Of a stretch of DNA of 64,000 bases, positions 1 through 8,061 are shown in pieces. Positions within the stretch are counted from its first letter, which is position 1; each line of letters opens with the position of its first letter. Origin of the DNA: a virus (Duplodnaviria; Caudoviricetes); the IMG/VR virus record IMGVR_UViG_3300020577_006545, positions 23,074 to 87,073 of that record; one strand, 5' to 3'. The translations under genes were made by a program, and so were the position numbers. Below the pieces are notes generated by a model. It was not told the origin of the DNA. It did no database searches and saw only the letters and a program-made list of their open reading frames with translations.

Positions 1-312
1 TTTAGAAAATTGATATCCACGAGAATTACTATATCTATTTTGATTTTTATTTTTACTTGTATTCATTCTTAAAAACGCAAAGGACATTCTGCGTTTATTT
101 ATACCGTTTGTAAATTTTGTTAATAACCAATGTGACACATAATGCTCTCTTGCAGAGAGCGTCACCAAATTTTCTTTTTTATTTGTCCCACCTAGACTTT
201 TAGGGATTATATGATGTTTTTCAAAATACTTATTTTGAAAAACATTTCTTTTAAGGGCATTATCTATAATTTTATTATACCAATTATAATATTTATTTTC
301 AATAAAATACAT
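1..312 (-). CDS. HNH homing endonuclease, truncated by the window edge (not in ORF track)
   Basis: Manual translation from ATG at 312: MYFIENKYYNWYNKII...EKHHIIPKSLGGTNKKENLVTLSAREHYVSHWLLTKF; same HHIIP...GG...NLV.L.AREH motif as ORF 57347. Confidence 0.85.
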   Translation of the reverse strand, partial: MYFIENKYYNWYNKIIDNALKRNVFQNKYFEKHHIIPKSLGGTNKKENLVTLSAREHYVSHWLLTKFTNGINKRRMSFAFLRMNTSKNKNQNRYSNSRGYQFSK

Positions 313-338
313 TGTAATAATATCTTGTGTAAAAATTA

Positions 339-386
339 AAATTTTGCCTAGTTAAAGTTCTTTATTGAATTCTCTAGGCAAAATTT
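339..386. repeat. 13-bp perfect inverted repeat AAATTTTGCCTAG/CTAGGCAAAATTT; possible terminator or processing hairpin after the Ro60 operon
   Basis: Arms at 339-351 and 374-386, overlapping the end of ORF 352-507. Confidence 0.55.
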
Positions 387-507
387 CCCACCCGTCATTG
401 AACTTACAAAGAGGGCAATTTTCTTCTTGTTGCCACTCTTCGTAAGTGTAGTGATGGTCGCATTCTGGACAGACCAGAGTTTTTGTATCTCTAATCTTAT
501 CCGTCAT
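352..507 (-). CDS. 51-aa zinc-ribbon protein (not in ORF track)
   Basis: MTDKIRDTKTLVCPECDHHYTYEEWQQEENCPLCKFNDGWEILPREFNKEL; two CxxC pairs; ATG 1 nt after the Ro60 stop. Confidence 0.65.
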   Translation of the reverse strand: MTDKIRDTKTLVCPECDHHYTYEEWQQEENCPLCKFNDGWEILPREFNKEL

Positions 508-508
508 A

Positions 509-1975
509 CTAAATCTCTACTTGATGAACTGCATTCAACAGTGCTTCTTTGTCTTGCTCAAGAAGTTTCATTACATCAAAAATCTTTTCACTGAAACCAG
601 CAAGTGCGAACACTTTGTTTTCAGGAAATTGAAGACTTCCATAACCTTGCAAGTCAAAACTATAGATGTAAGGGTCGCTTCCAACCGATTTCTTATAGTT
701 CTGGAAAGATGCATCTGGTCTGTTACTTCTGTAACCACCTGTCACCCACGCTTGCATGTCTGACAAGACAATAATTCTGTCAAACTTCAATTTCTTTTCT
801 GTAATCTTATCAAAGATACAGTTGAAGTTCGTTCCCCCACCGTGAAAACCAATTGCGTCTACAATTGATTTGAGGCTGTTGCCAGCGTCAATTCTTTTGA
901 TAGTTGCACTGTCGTCAAATGTTAGAACAACAGAAGTATCTGGATTTCTCTTGTGAATAGCGGCGGCAAATAGAGAACCAATTTCACTTGGCTTTCCACT
1001 CATTGAACCTGAAACATCAAGAGCGATTAAAGTTTCACCTTCAAGTTCTGGAACATTGTTCACAGAAATATCAAGTGCTTTACTCAATGCGTTCAAAACT
1101 TTTTTTGAAAGTTTCACATCTGCATCATAAACTTTTTCAATCTCTTTGATTGCTGTCATAAATCTAAATGGTAGAATTAAGGATTTCTTAATTGCTACTT
1201 CATTAGTTAATTGACGGCAAGCCTCATCAACCATTTCTGGTGCTTGAGTAATTATGTTTCTCAGGTTTCTAAGAAGAGCGAATATACCAAGTTTTTTAGT
1301 CTCAAGCAATTCTTTCCAAGCCTTACCTTTCAGTTCGGCTACTTCTTCTTCACCTTCTGCTTTACCAGCCTCACTCAACATTGCTTCCCAAGTATCAACA
1401 TTCTTGAGTTTTCCAGACATTAAGTCTTTGAACACTTGAACATTTTTTTCACTTGGCTTTGGGTGAATGAGGTTGAAAGCATCAACCATTCCAAGTTCTT
1501 TTCCAGAACCAGCGTATTTAGCAAGTTGATAACCATCAAACTTGTTCAACGCTCTTGCCAAACCATCTTTCAATGAATTTGGAAGTGGCTTACCATACTT
1601 ATTCATGTAATAAGCGAGAATTTCAGTAATATCGTCTGCACGATACACAACCTTTTCATAGAAAGGTCTTGTCCATTGCTCACCTTTTACTTGTTTTGCA
1701 ATCTCACCTGCTACTGCGTGTGTGATTGAGCGCATACCAAACTGTGTTCTTGCAAACACTGCGGCCTTTGCCGCAAATTTCTTGTCTTTCAACTGTGAAA
1801 TTAGTTGTGAAACTTTCTCAAGAGTTTCGTTAGAACCTCTATAAAATTGTTCACCTGCGAATGAAGTCAAGAGAATAGAAATTAATTCCAACTCTGCACT
1901 TTCTTGATGCGCGTCGCCACCAGCATAGTTTTGTATTGCTGGTGCCTTTTGTCTCGTTTTGTTAAACTTTGACAT
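509..1975 (-). CDS. rsr: Ro60/TROVE-domain RNA-binding protein with C-terminal vWA domain
   Basis: N-terminal NYAGGDA, motifs GMRS, LAKY, VDTWE, ALLRNLRN; MIDAS-like DVSGSM and IIVLSDMQ; GGAGGT Shine-Dalgarno. Confidence 0.93.
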   Translation of the reverse strand: MSKFNKTRQKAPAIQNYAGGDAHQESAELELISILLTSFAGEQFYRGSNETLEKVSQLISQLKDKKFAAKAAVFARTQFGMRSITHAVAGEIAKQVKGEQWTRPFYEKVVYRADDITEILAYYMNKYGKPLPNSLKDGLARALNKFDGYQLAKYAGSGKELGMVDAFNLIHPKPSEKNVQVFKDLMSGKLKNVDTWEAMLSEAGKAEGEEEVAELKGKAWKELLETKKLGIFALLRNLRNIITQAPEMVDEACRQLTNEVAIKKSLILPFRFMTAIKEIEKVYDADVKLSKKVLNALSKALDISVNNVPELEGETLIALDVSGSMSGKPSEIGSLFAAAIHKRNPDTSVVLTFDDSATIKRIDAGNSLKSIVDAIGFHGGGTNFNCIFDKITEKKLKFDRIIVLSDMQAWVTGGYRSNRPDASFQNYKKSVGSDPYIYSFDLQGYGSLQFPENKVFALAGFSEKIFDVMKLLEQDKEALLNAVHQVEI

Positions 1976-2022
1976 ATCTTACCTCCAGTTCCCTTTCGGG
2001 ACAAATTAGAACAAATAATAAT

Positions 2023-2086
2023 GTGGAGAAAACCAAGAAGGGGGTTTTTCTATTAATGGTTGAAGTATCCCTTCTTTCACTACCAC
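2023..2086 (-). ncRNA. Y-RNA-like unit 1 (short, minimal insert)
   Basis: Transcript GUGGUAGUGAAAGAAGGGAUACUUC...GAAAAACCCCCUUCUUGGUUUUCUCCAC; terminal stem plus internal stem; directly upstream of Ro60. Confidence 0.7.
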
Positions 2087-2103
2087 TTTTATTAGTGCAA
2101 AAT

Positions 2104-2194
2104 ACGGAGAAAATCTATAAGAGAATTTTTTAAGGAGTTGAACCTTAAACCATTATGAGTGGTTTAACCGAAGTATCTCTTATATTACTGCCGT
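2104..2194 (-). ncRNA. Y-RNA-like unit 2 with anticodon-arm-like (loop CUCAUAA) and T-arm-like inserts
   Basis: Same scaffold; insert UUAAACCA-CUCAUAA-UGGUUUAA then AAGG-UUCAACU-CCUU. Confidence 0.72.
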
Positions 2195-2220
2195 TTTATT
2201 TAGTACATTCACAAACTAAT

Positions 2221-2347
2221 GCGGAGAAAATTGTAAAGGAAATTTTTTAGGCGCTCTACCAACTGAGCTACATACCTTTCGGTATGACAGGACTTGAACC
2301 TGCGACTTCCCGCTTAATAGGCGATGAAATCCTTTACTTACTACCGT
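2221..2347 (-). ncRNA. yrlA: YrlA-like Y RNA containing a circularly permuted tRNA module
   Basis: Order on transcript: CGC-CUAUUAA-GCG, variable GAAGUC, T arm CAGG-UUCAAGU-CCUG, acceptor-like stem CAUACC-GAAA-GGUAUG, D arm GCUC-AGUUGGUA-GAGC, all enclosed by the shared scaffold. Confidence 0.85.
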
Positions 2348-2360
2348 CTTTAATTAGTGC

Positions 2361-2430
2361 ATTGCGAAGAAAAACGAGAAGAGAGTTTTTTTTCACCAAA
2401 TTGAAGTAACCCTTCTCTTACTGTCGCAAT
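2361..2430 (-). ncRNA. Y-RNA-like unit 4 (first transcribed, minimal insert)
   Basis: 7-bp terminal stem AUUGCGA/UCGCAAU, CAGUAA bulge, GAGAAGGG/CUCUCUUCUC stem, UACUUC motif. Confidence 0.7.
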
Positions 2431-2434
2431 TATT

Positions 2435-2463
2435 ATCTTACCCCATATGTAAGAATGCGTCAA
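2435..2463 (-). promoter_or_regulatory. sigma70-type promoter for the Y RNA array and Ro60
   Basis: TTGACG-17 nt-TAAGAT on the minus strand; predicted start site at about the 5' end of unit 4. Confidence 0.75.
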
Positions 2464-2598
2464 ATGAAATTTAATTTTTTTTATTTTTTTCTTTTAATTA
2501 AGGAAAATGCACATCACTTGACGAGAAATCAAAAAGCCCTTATAATTGAACCCGTCAGGGTGATAAGGAACAAGTGTACTGTACAGTACAGGAAAACT

Positions 2599-2835
2599 AT
2601 GAGCGAAAAACAGTTTAAAATAGGCGACAAAGTAATTGTGATAGGCAAATATGAAGCAGATAACTTTTGGGTTGGTGATATAGAACAAATAGATGAAAAT
2701 CAAATTTATATAAAAGTTGGAAATCAAGGATTGGGAGTTGATATAAATGATTTAGAACATTATGATAAGAATATCAATTGGGTAGAGTTTTATAAAAATA
2801 AATACCCTCACCCAGAATTCTGGGAAGGAGATTGA
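2599..2835 (+). CDS. hypothetical protein (likely start 2599 rather than 2455)
   Basis: AGGA SD before ATG 2599; FKIGDKVIVIG SH3/KOW-like start. Confidence 0.5.
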   Translation: MSEKQFKIGDKVIVIGKYEADNFWVGDIEQIDENQIYIKVGNQGLGVDINDLEHYDKNINWVEFYKNKYPHPEFWEGD

Positions 2836-2836
2836 A

Positions 2837-3142
2837 ATGAGTTTTGAAGAAAGAAAAATAATAAAATATGGAATTAAATTTTCTATAGATGTAACTGATA
2901 TGTCTATAGATGAGGATGGCACTCCTACAGCAAACATTGCTCTTAAAAAAGAGCAAATACCTATTTTATATATTACACCAAAACATCAAGAAGAAGTTCA
3001 TTTCATTAGAATGCAGTTAAAAGCGATTGCTGAAATGACCTGTGAAGGTAAAAAAGCACATAGAAAATATGAATTAGAATTGATGGATAGGTTAGCGGAG
3101 ATTACAGACACTATGTTTAATAAAAGAAAAGACTTGCAATAA
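2837..3142 (+). CDS. hypothetical protein
   Basis: ORF with GGAG SD, coupled to the upstream ORF. Confidence 0.5.
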   Translation: MSFEERKIIKYGIKFSIDVTDMSIDEDGTPTANIALKKEQIPILYITPKHQEEVHFIRMQLKAIAEMTCEGKKAHRKYELELMDRLAEITDTMFNKRKDLQ

Positions 3143-3162
3143 TTAAAACAATCATTTATAAT
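3134..3162 (+). promoter_or_regulatory. sigma70-type promoter, predicted leaderless primase mRNA
   Basis: TTGCAA-17-TATAAT, 7 nt before ATG 3170. Confidence 0.75.
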
Positions 3163-3169
3163 TTCCTTT

Positions 3170-4186
3170 ATGGGAATTGCTTGGGACAGAATTGTTGTTG
3201 AAAATGCACTCCAAGAAATTCTTGGCGAGCCGAAGATTTCTAAAAACGGTAAAGAATGGCAATATAACTCACATTACACAAGTGATAATAAAAGAAAACT
3301 TTATGTTAATGTGGAAAAGCACGGCGTATTCAACGATTTCAAATCAGGCGAAAAAGGTTCGTTTGAAAGATTGATCGCAGATTACAATGGCTGGTCAGAG
3401 GATGAAGCAATCCGTCATCTTATAGCAAATTTCGCCTCTAAAATGAATGGTGTAACAATGATTGGCACCACTATAAAGAAAAAAGACCCTGTTGTAAAAA
3501 ATGGTAATTTACCAGAACATTCCTACAAAATAAAACATAACGATAAGTATTCTCTTCCTTATATTAAGTATTTGCAGAGCAGAGGAATGCCAGATAGTTT
3601 CATCTATAATTGTTATTATTCTATTGCTAAAGTGATGAATGGCAAACCATTTGAAATGAAAAATTATGTAATTATTCCGTATCTTGATGAGTTTGATAAA
3701 GTGATTTATTGGACTGGAAGATGTATATATGAAAACAAACGGCCAAAATATTACAATTGTCCAGAAGCAGATGCATCACACTTTGTTTACAATGTGTTCA
3801 CTGATGTACTTGAAGTTGTTATCACAGAGGGTGTTCTTGATGCTATCAAGTTTGGTAAAAATGGTATAGCAACTGGTGGTAAATCAGTAAGTGATTTTCA
3901 AATTGACGCTATAGTGGCAAGAAATTTTAAGAGAATTATTCTTGTTCCAGACAATGAAGAATATGAGAAAGGACCAAAAGCAACTATTGAATTATTCAAA
4001 AAATTAAGAGAGCGTGGACAAAATGTATTCATCTTTAATTGGATTTCTTATGGTAAGAAGATTAGATTAAAAGTGAAAGACTTCGCTTCATTTACTGAGA
4101 TAGAACATTTTAAGGTTAAAGACCTTGAGAAACATTTGATTGATAATGATTTTGAAGCACAAACAATTTATATGGTGAGGGACTAA
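3170..4186 (+). CDS. DNA primase (Toprim, phage DnaG/gp61-like)
   Basis: YLQSRG, IIPY, WTGR, TEGVLDA and PDN Toprim motifs; N-terminal Zn-binding-like domain lacks cysteines. Confidence 0.85.
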   Translation: MGIAWDRIVVENALQEILGEPKISKNGKEWQYNSHYTSDNKRKLYVNVEKHGVFNDFKSGEKGSFERLIADYNGWSEDEAIRHLIANFASKMNGVTMIGTTIKKKDPVVKNGNLPEHSYKIKHNDKYSLPYIKYLQSRGMPDSFIYNCYYSIAKVMNGKPFEMKNYVIIPYLDEFDKVIYWTGRCIYENKRPKYYNCPEADASHFVYNVFTDVLEVVITEGVLDAIKFGKNGIATGGKSVSDFQIDAIVARNFKRIILVPDNEEYEKGPKATIELFKKLRERGQNVFIFNWISYGKKIRLKVKDFASFTEIEHFKVKDLEKHLIDNDFEAQTIYMVRD

Positions 4187-4188
4187 TT

Positions 4189-4407
4189 ATGATGCCGTGT
4201 TGCGATTTATGTTACAAAAAGTATTTAGAAGAAGATGGAAGTCTTGATGAGAAAGCATATCAAGACGCACTTGGAGAATTTGCTGTGTGGCTCTCTGAGC
4301 AAAGAAAAACAAAGAAAACTGTTGGATTTGACACAAGACTTGATGAAGCGAAGAATAGGAAGTGCAGATGTGCTTGTCATGTTAAGGGGAGAAATATTCT
4401 GCATTAA
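4189..4407 (+). CDS. small Cys-rich hypothetical protein
   Basis: CCDLC and CRCACH. Confidence 0.45.
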   Translation: MMPCCDLCYKKYLEEDGSLDEKAYQDALGEFAVWLSEQRKTKKTVGFDTRLDEAKNRKCRCACHVKGRNILH

Positions 4408-4589
4408 GGAGTAAATATGAAAATTACATTAACACATCAAGAAATTCAAGAAGCGTGTATTAGTTGGTTGAATGAAAAGAAAATTAATTTACCAAAAGAT
4501 GCTGTAGTTGATTTTACTGATACTAACTACGACGATAGAAAAGTTGAATACGGGTATTTGATTGCGTCTGTTGATACGGATTTGTAAAA

Positions 4590-4979
4590 ATGAAATTAAT
4601 ACAAAAAATTTTATATAAAAGAAAGAAATGGTATGTTAAGAGAAATCGTTATAAAAGAAAACGCAGGATGTCGTTTAGAGAAATAAAAGTGTTGTGGGAT
4701 AAAATCAATAATACGCAATATAATAATGACGAATACTATTATGGACTTAGAAGTGTGTCGGATATTCTAACACAAATTCTTATTTCAAATCAAAAAAGTT
4801 TTCGTATATATTATTTTGATGATAATGATGTTTTTGATATGATTAAGATTATAGAAACAGTTAGAAATAGAGATGTATTAAGAAAAACGCTTACTGGTGG
4901 TATGATTTGCTTTAAATTCATTAGTGATTTAAGAATCACTAATAGTGAATTGTATTTGAAATACAGGCTTTTATTATAA
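4590..4979 (+). CDS. YEKYKLL-family protein
   Basis: Ends SELYLKYRLLL. Confidence 0.65.
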   Translation: MKLIQKILYKRKKWYVKRNRYKRKRRMSFREIKVLWDKINNTQYNNDEYYYGLRSVSDILTQILISNQKSFRIYYFDDNDVFDMIKIIETVRNRDVLRKTLTGGMICFKFISDLRITNSELYLKYRLLL

Positions 4980-5356
4980 TGGTAAATCATAAAATTTTAA
5001 AAATAAAAGGAACGGAGAACTCATTTATTCTTTCATCTGATGACACTAATACAATAAAAGTATTAATAAATAATGCTAATGATATTGCACTTGTTATTAC
5101 AGATATGATGAAACGGTTTGAAGAAAGTAGATTTCAAACTGAAATTTTGGGGTTTAAGGCAGATGCAGATGGAGTAGTGAAGTTTACTATGGAGTTTACG
5201 ATAGGAGAGACATTTGGAGAAATGACAGAAGACAAATTTCTTGAGTATTTGAATATCTATAGTGATGTTAAATATAAAAATTTTGTAAGAGCAATTAGAA
5301 ATGCATCTGTGCAATTTGATAAAATGTGCGAGAAATATAAACTATTAATTGAGTGA
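4979..5356 (+). CDS. YEKYKLL-family protein
   Basis: MTEDKFLEYL ... MCEKYKLLIE. Confidence 0.65.
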   Translation: MVNHKILKIKGTENSFILSSDDTNTIKVLINNANDIALVITDMMKRFEESRFQTEILGFKADADGVVKFTMEFTIGETFGEMTEDKFLEYLNIYSDVKYKNFVRAIRNASVQFDKMCEKYKLLIE

Positions 5357-5735
5357 AATTATGATTAAAGGAATGACTATAAGAACTTTTAACGAACTTG
5401 AAAAAGTTGTAAAATCATATTCTTCATTTTATGGGGAAGATGTTGATTTTAGAGTTGAAGAAATAGGAATTGGACATATTGAATTAACTTTCATTTTTTA
5501 TGAATTTAAGAGTGTTGAACTAATTAAAGAAGTGATGAAGGCAGTTAAACCTAACATAGTTATTAGTGTTAGATGTGATTGGCGTTTGTTTTTAGTTGCA
5601 ACAGATTTTACAGAAGAAGATTTTATACAATTTCTTACTGAAGAAAAACCAGATGAATGGGTGTTAAAATCAATTGCAGAAAATAATAAAAGAGTTGCTC
5701 TTTTGTGTGAAAAGTATAAACTATTAGTGGGGTAA
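5349..5735 (+). CDS. YEKYKLL-family protein
   Basis: FTEEDFIQFL ... LCEKYKLLVG. Confidence 0.65.
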   Translation: MSEIMIKGMTIRTFNELEKVVKSYSSFYGEDVDFRVEEIGIGHIELTFIFYEFKSVELIKEVMKAVKPNIVISVRCDWRLFLVATDFTEEDFIQFLTEEKPDEWVLKSIAENNKRVALLCEKYKLLVG

Positions 5736-5738
5736 AAT

Positions 5739-6005
5739 ATGAAAAAAATAATTTTAGTAATAATTCTATTAACATCTTGTGGTCTACCAAAACCAGATTG
5801 TACTAAGATTGGTGATAGTTATGACGATGTTGTTAAGAACTGTGGTAGACCGGATAAAATTGAATATAGAAATAGGTATGTTTCTTTCATAAATTATTAT
5901 GAAGGAGTATATTATTTAACAATTGGTTTTGATAGAGACATTGTAAATCAAATTCGTTATGATAATGGTAAAACAAAAACTGTAGATTATGGTAAGGAGG
6001 AATAG
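5739..6005 (+). CDS. putative lipoprotein
   Basis: MKK plus hydrophobic stretch and lipobox LTSC. Confidence 0.55.
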   Translation: MKKIILVIILLTSCGLPKPDCTKIGDSYDDVVKNCGRPDKIEYRNRYVSFINYYEGVYYLTIGFDRDIVNQIRYDNGKTKTVDYGKEE

Positions 6006-6007
6006 AA

Positions 6008-6325
6008 ATGCATATGATAGAAGAAAAAACAAAAGAGCAATTTAAAAAACAATTACAACTTACGCAAACAAATCTTACAGAAGAAGAATTGGAAAGAATT
6101 TCCAATTTTGCTATAAATTATTTTAGTAATCATTTACAATGTGTTAGAGAGATAGACGGATTTTTGCAATATGCTTTTAGATGGGGAATGTTAGATAATC
6201 CTTGGAAGACATTTGAAGATGAAAGAATTGGTGAAGACCAAAAAAGAAGTTGGAAAAATATTGAAGAATTGAGTATTAAATGCAGACAAGTGCATACCCC
6301 AAGTAATGGATTTAGTATAATTTAA
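6008..6325 (+). CDS. hypothetical protein
   Basis: ORF with SD in a colinear gene run. Confidence 0.45.
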   Translation: MHMIEEKTKEQFKKQLQLTQTNLTEEELERISNFAINYFSNHLQCVREIDGFLQYAFRWGMLDNPWKTFEDERIGEDQKRSWKNIEELSIKCRQVHTPSNGFSII

Positions 6326-6335
6326 GGAGAATTAA

Positions 6336-6746
6336 ATGAACGCAATGGAAATGGAAAGTGCAATGATTGGTTATGAAGCCGCTCAACAAGTAGCGATGAT
6401 GCTTGGAAGAGATTTGATTGCTTATAAAAATAAAGAAAATGAAAATTTTAAAATTGAAAAATGGGATTGGGGTGGAGTTGAATACGATCAAGGCGATCAG
6501 CATGTTCAAGTATATATTGAGAGATATTGTTGTGGTGAAAGTGACACAGAATGGATTAATATTCCATTTGAATGGTTTGATATGAAAAGAGAAGACATTT
6601 ACGCTATTATTGATAAAGAAAGAGAAGAGAAAAAAAGAATAGAAAAAGAAAGAGTTGAAGCGATGAAAAAACAAATGGAAGAAGAAACGCTTGCTGGCGA
6701 GAGAAGATTATACGAAAGTTTAAAAAGGAAATTTGAAAATGTTTGA
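6336..6746 (+). CDS. hypothetical protein with C-terminal coiled coil
   Basis: AAGGAG SD; charged helical tail. Confidence 0.5.
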   Translation: MNAMEMESAMIGYEAAQQVAMMLGRDLIAYKNKENENFKIEKWDWGGVEYDQGDQHVQVYIERYCCGESDTEWINIPFEWFDMKREDIYAIIDKEREEKKRIEKERVEAMKKQMEEETLAGERRLYESLKRKFENV

Positions 6747-8061
6747 AAAATTATTGAGTTTGATTAACACAAACCAGTTTCTAACTGGTGGTTTTATATT
6801 AGGATTACTTGGAGGTATCGCCGTCTATCTGAGAAGCGTTCCTGCAAACATATTATATTTTATAAGAAGGAGAATTGTGTTCTCTGTTGAAATTGAGAAC
6901 CATTATGCTTCTTTCCATATGTTCTCATACTGGCTTCAAAAACAGAAACCAGTATTTAAGAATAAGAATTTCTTCTTGAGAGAAGAACAGAGGATTTCAA
7001 GAAATGTTGAATTTGATGATGACGATGACGATGAGTTTGGCAATACAACTGGAAAAGAAAAAAGAAAAAATAAAATTTTCTATGTTCCATCAAGTGGGCT
7101 TCATTTCTTTAAATACAACAAGAAACTTCTTATTATCTATTTCTATAGAAAAGAAGTGAATAACACGAACTCGTCTCCAGAATTTGAAAGCCCATTCCGT
7201 TATTCATATACAATTTATATGTTTGGTAAAAACGAAGAATGCCAAAAAACTATTGATATGATTGTTGAAGAGAGTGGGGCAGAACTATCTAAAAAGACAG
7301 ATGGAAAAATCAAAATCCGCGCATCTGCTAATATTATAAGATATGGAGAAAATACATTTAACTGGAAACTTTCTGCATACAAACACCCAAGAACAAAAGA
7401 AACACTTGTTTTTGATGATGGTTTCTATGAAGATATTGAAAGTGATATTGATAAATTTCTTCATAATAAACAATGGTATAAAGAGAAAGGAATTCCTTGG
7501 AGAAGAGGTTATCTCCTTCACGGTGTCCCAGGTGGTGGTAAGACTACTCTTATTGAAACTATTGCTGGTAGATTTAATTTCAACATCAATATTCTTGATT
7601 TAATGAATGATAAACTGACAGACCAATATTTAATTGAATTGTTTGCTTCTAATAAAGACAATTCAATTATTGTTGTTGAAGACATTGACACAATCTTTGA
7701 GAAAAGAACGCCGACAAGTGATAAAGTAAAAATAACTTTTAGCGGTTTGTTAAACGCTATTGATGGCATTGCGTCTAAAGATGGGCAGATTATTTTTATG
7801 ACCACAAATAACATTGAAGTCCTTGACGATGCACTCAAACGGTCAGGTCGCCTTGACAAACACATTGAATTTGATTATGCAAGTGAACAACAAAAGAGAA
7901 AGATGTTTCTTAAATTCTTTAAAGAGGATGAGTTGAATGCTAATAAATTTATGGATATAATGAAAGGGGTAAATATATCTATGGCTAAATTACAGGAACA
8001 TTTCGTTCTTTACTCTTATGATGTAAATGCTATTTTTGAAAACATTGGAGAATTAAAATGA
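6733..8061 (+). CDS. BCS1-like membrane-anchored AAA+ ATPase
   Basis: N-terminal TM helix; WYKEKGIPWRRGYLLHGVPGGGKT (Walker A in BCS1-type context), VEDID, FSGLLNAIDG, RSGRLD. Confidence 0.85.
   Translation: MKMFEKLLSLINTNQFLTGGFILGLLGGIAVYLRSVPANILYFIRRRIVFSVEIENHYASFHMFSYWLQKQKPVFKNKNFFLREEQRISRNVEFDDDDDDEFGNTTGKEKRKNKIFYVPSSGLHFFKYNKKLLIIYFYRKEVNNTNSSPEFESPFRYSYTIYMFGKNEECQKTIDMIVEESGAELSKKTDGKIKIRASANIIRYGENTFNWKLSAYKHPRTKETLVFDDGFYEDIESDIDKFLHNKQWYKEKGIPWRRGYLLHGVPGGGKTTLIETIAGRFNFNINILDLMNDKLTDQYLIELFASNKDNSIIVVEDIDTIFEKRTPTSDKVKITFSGLLNAIDGIASKDGQIIFMTTNNIEVLDDALKRSGRLDKHIEFDYASEQQKRKMFLKFFKEDELNANKFMDIMKGVNISMAKLQEHFVLYSYDVNAIFENIGELK

Noticed and set aside
521-1439. Plus-strand ORFs inside the Ro60 gene
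   Set aside because: Antisense shadows with no RBS or motifs; the same applies to most short nested ORFs in the track.
2248-2323. Canonical tRNA gene
   Set aside because: Arms are in permuted order, the acceptor-like stem is closed by a GAAA loop and there is no free CCA end; treated as a Y RNA module.
2023-2430. CRISPR array
   Set aside because: Units are not identical direct repeats; each is a self-pairing covarying hairpin of different length, and no cas genes are recognisable (the 47021 nuclease is distant and generic).
6733-8061. Eukaryotic or giant-virus origin of the window suggested by the BCS1-like ATPase and glycosylation genes
   Set aside because: Shine-Dalgarno sites, sigma70-type promoters, coupled operons and T4-like replication genes indicate a bacteriophage.
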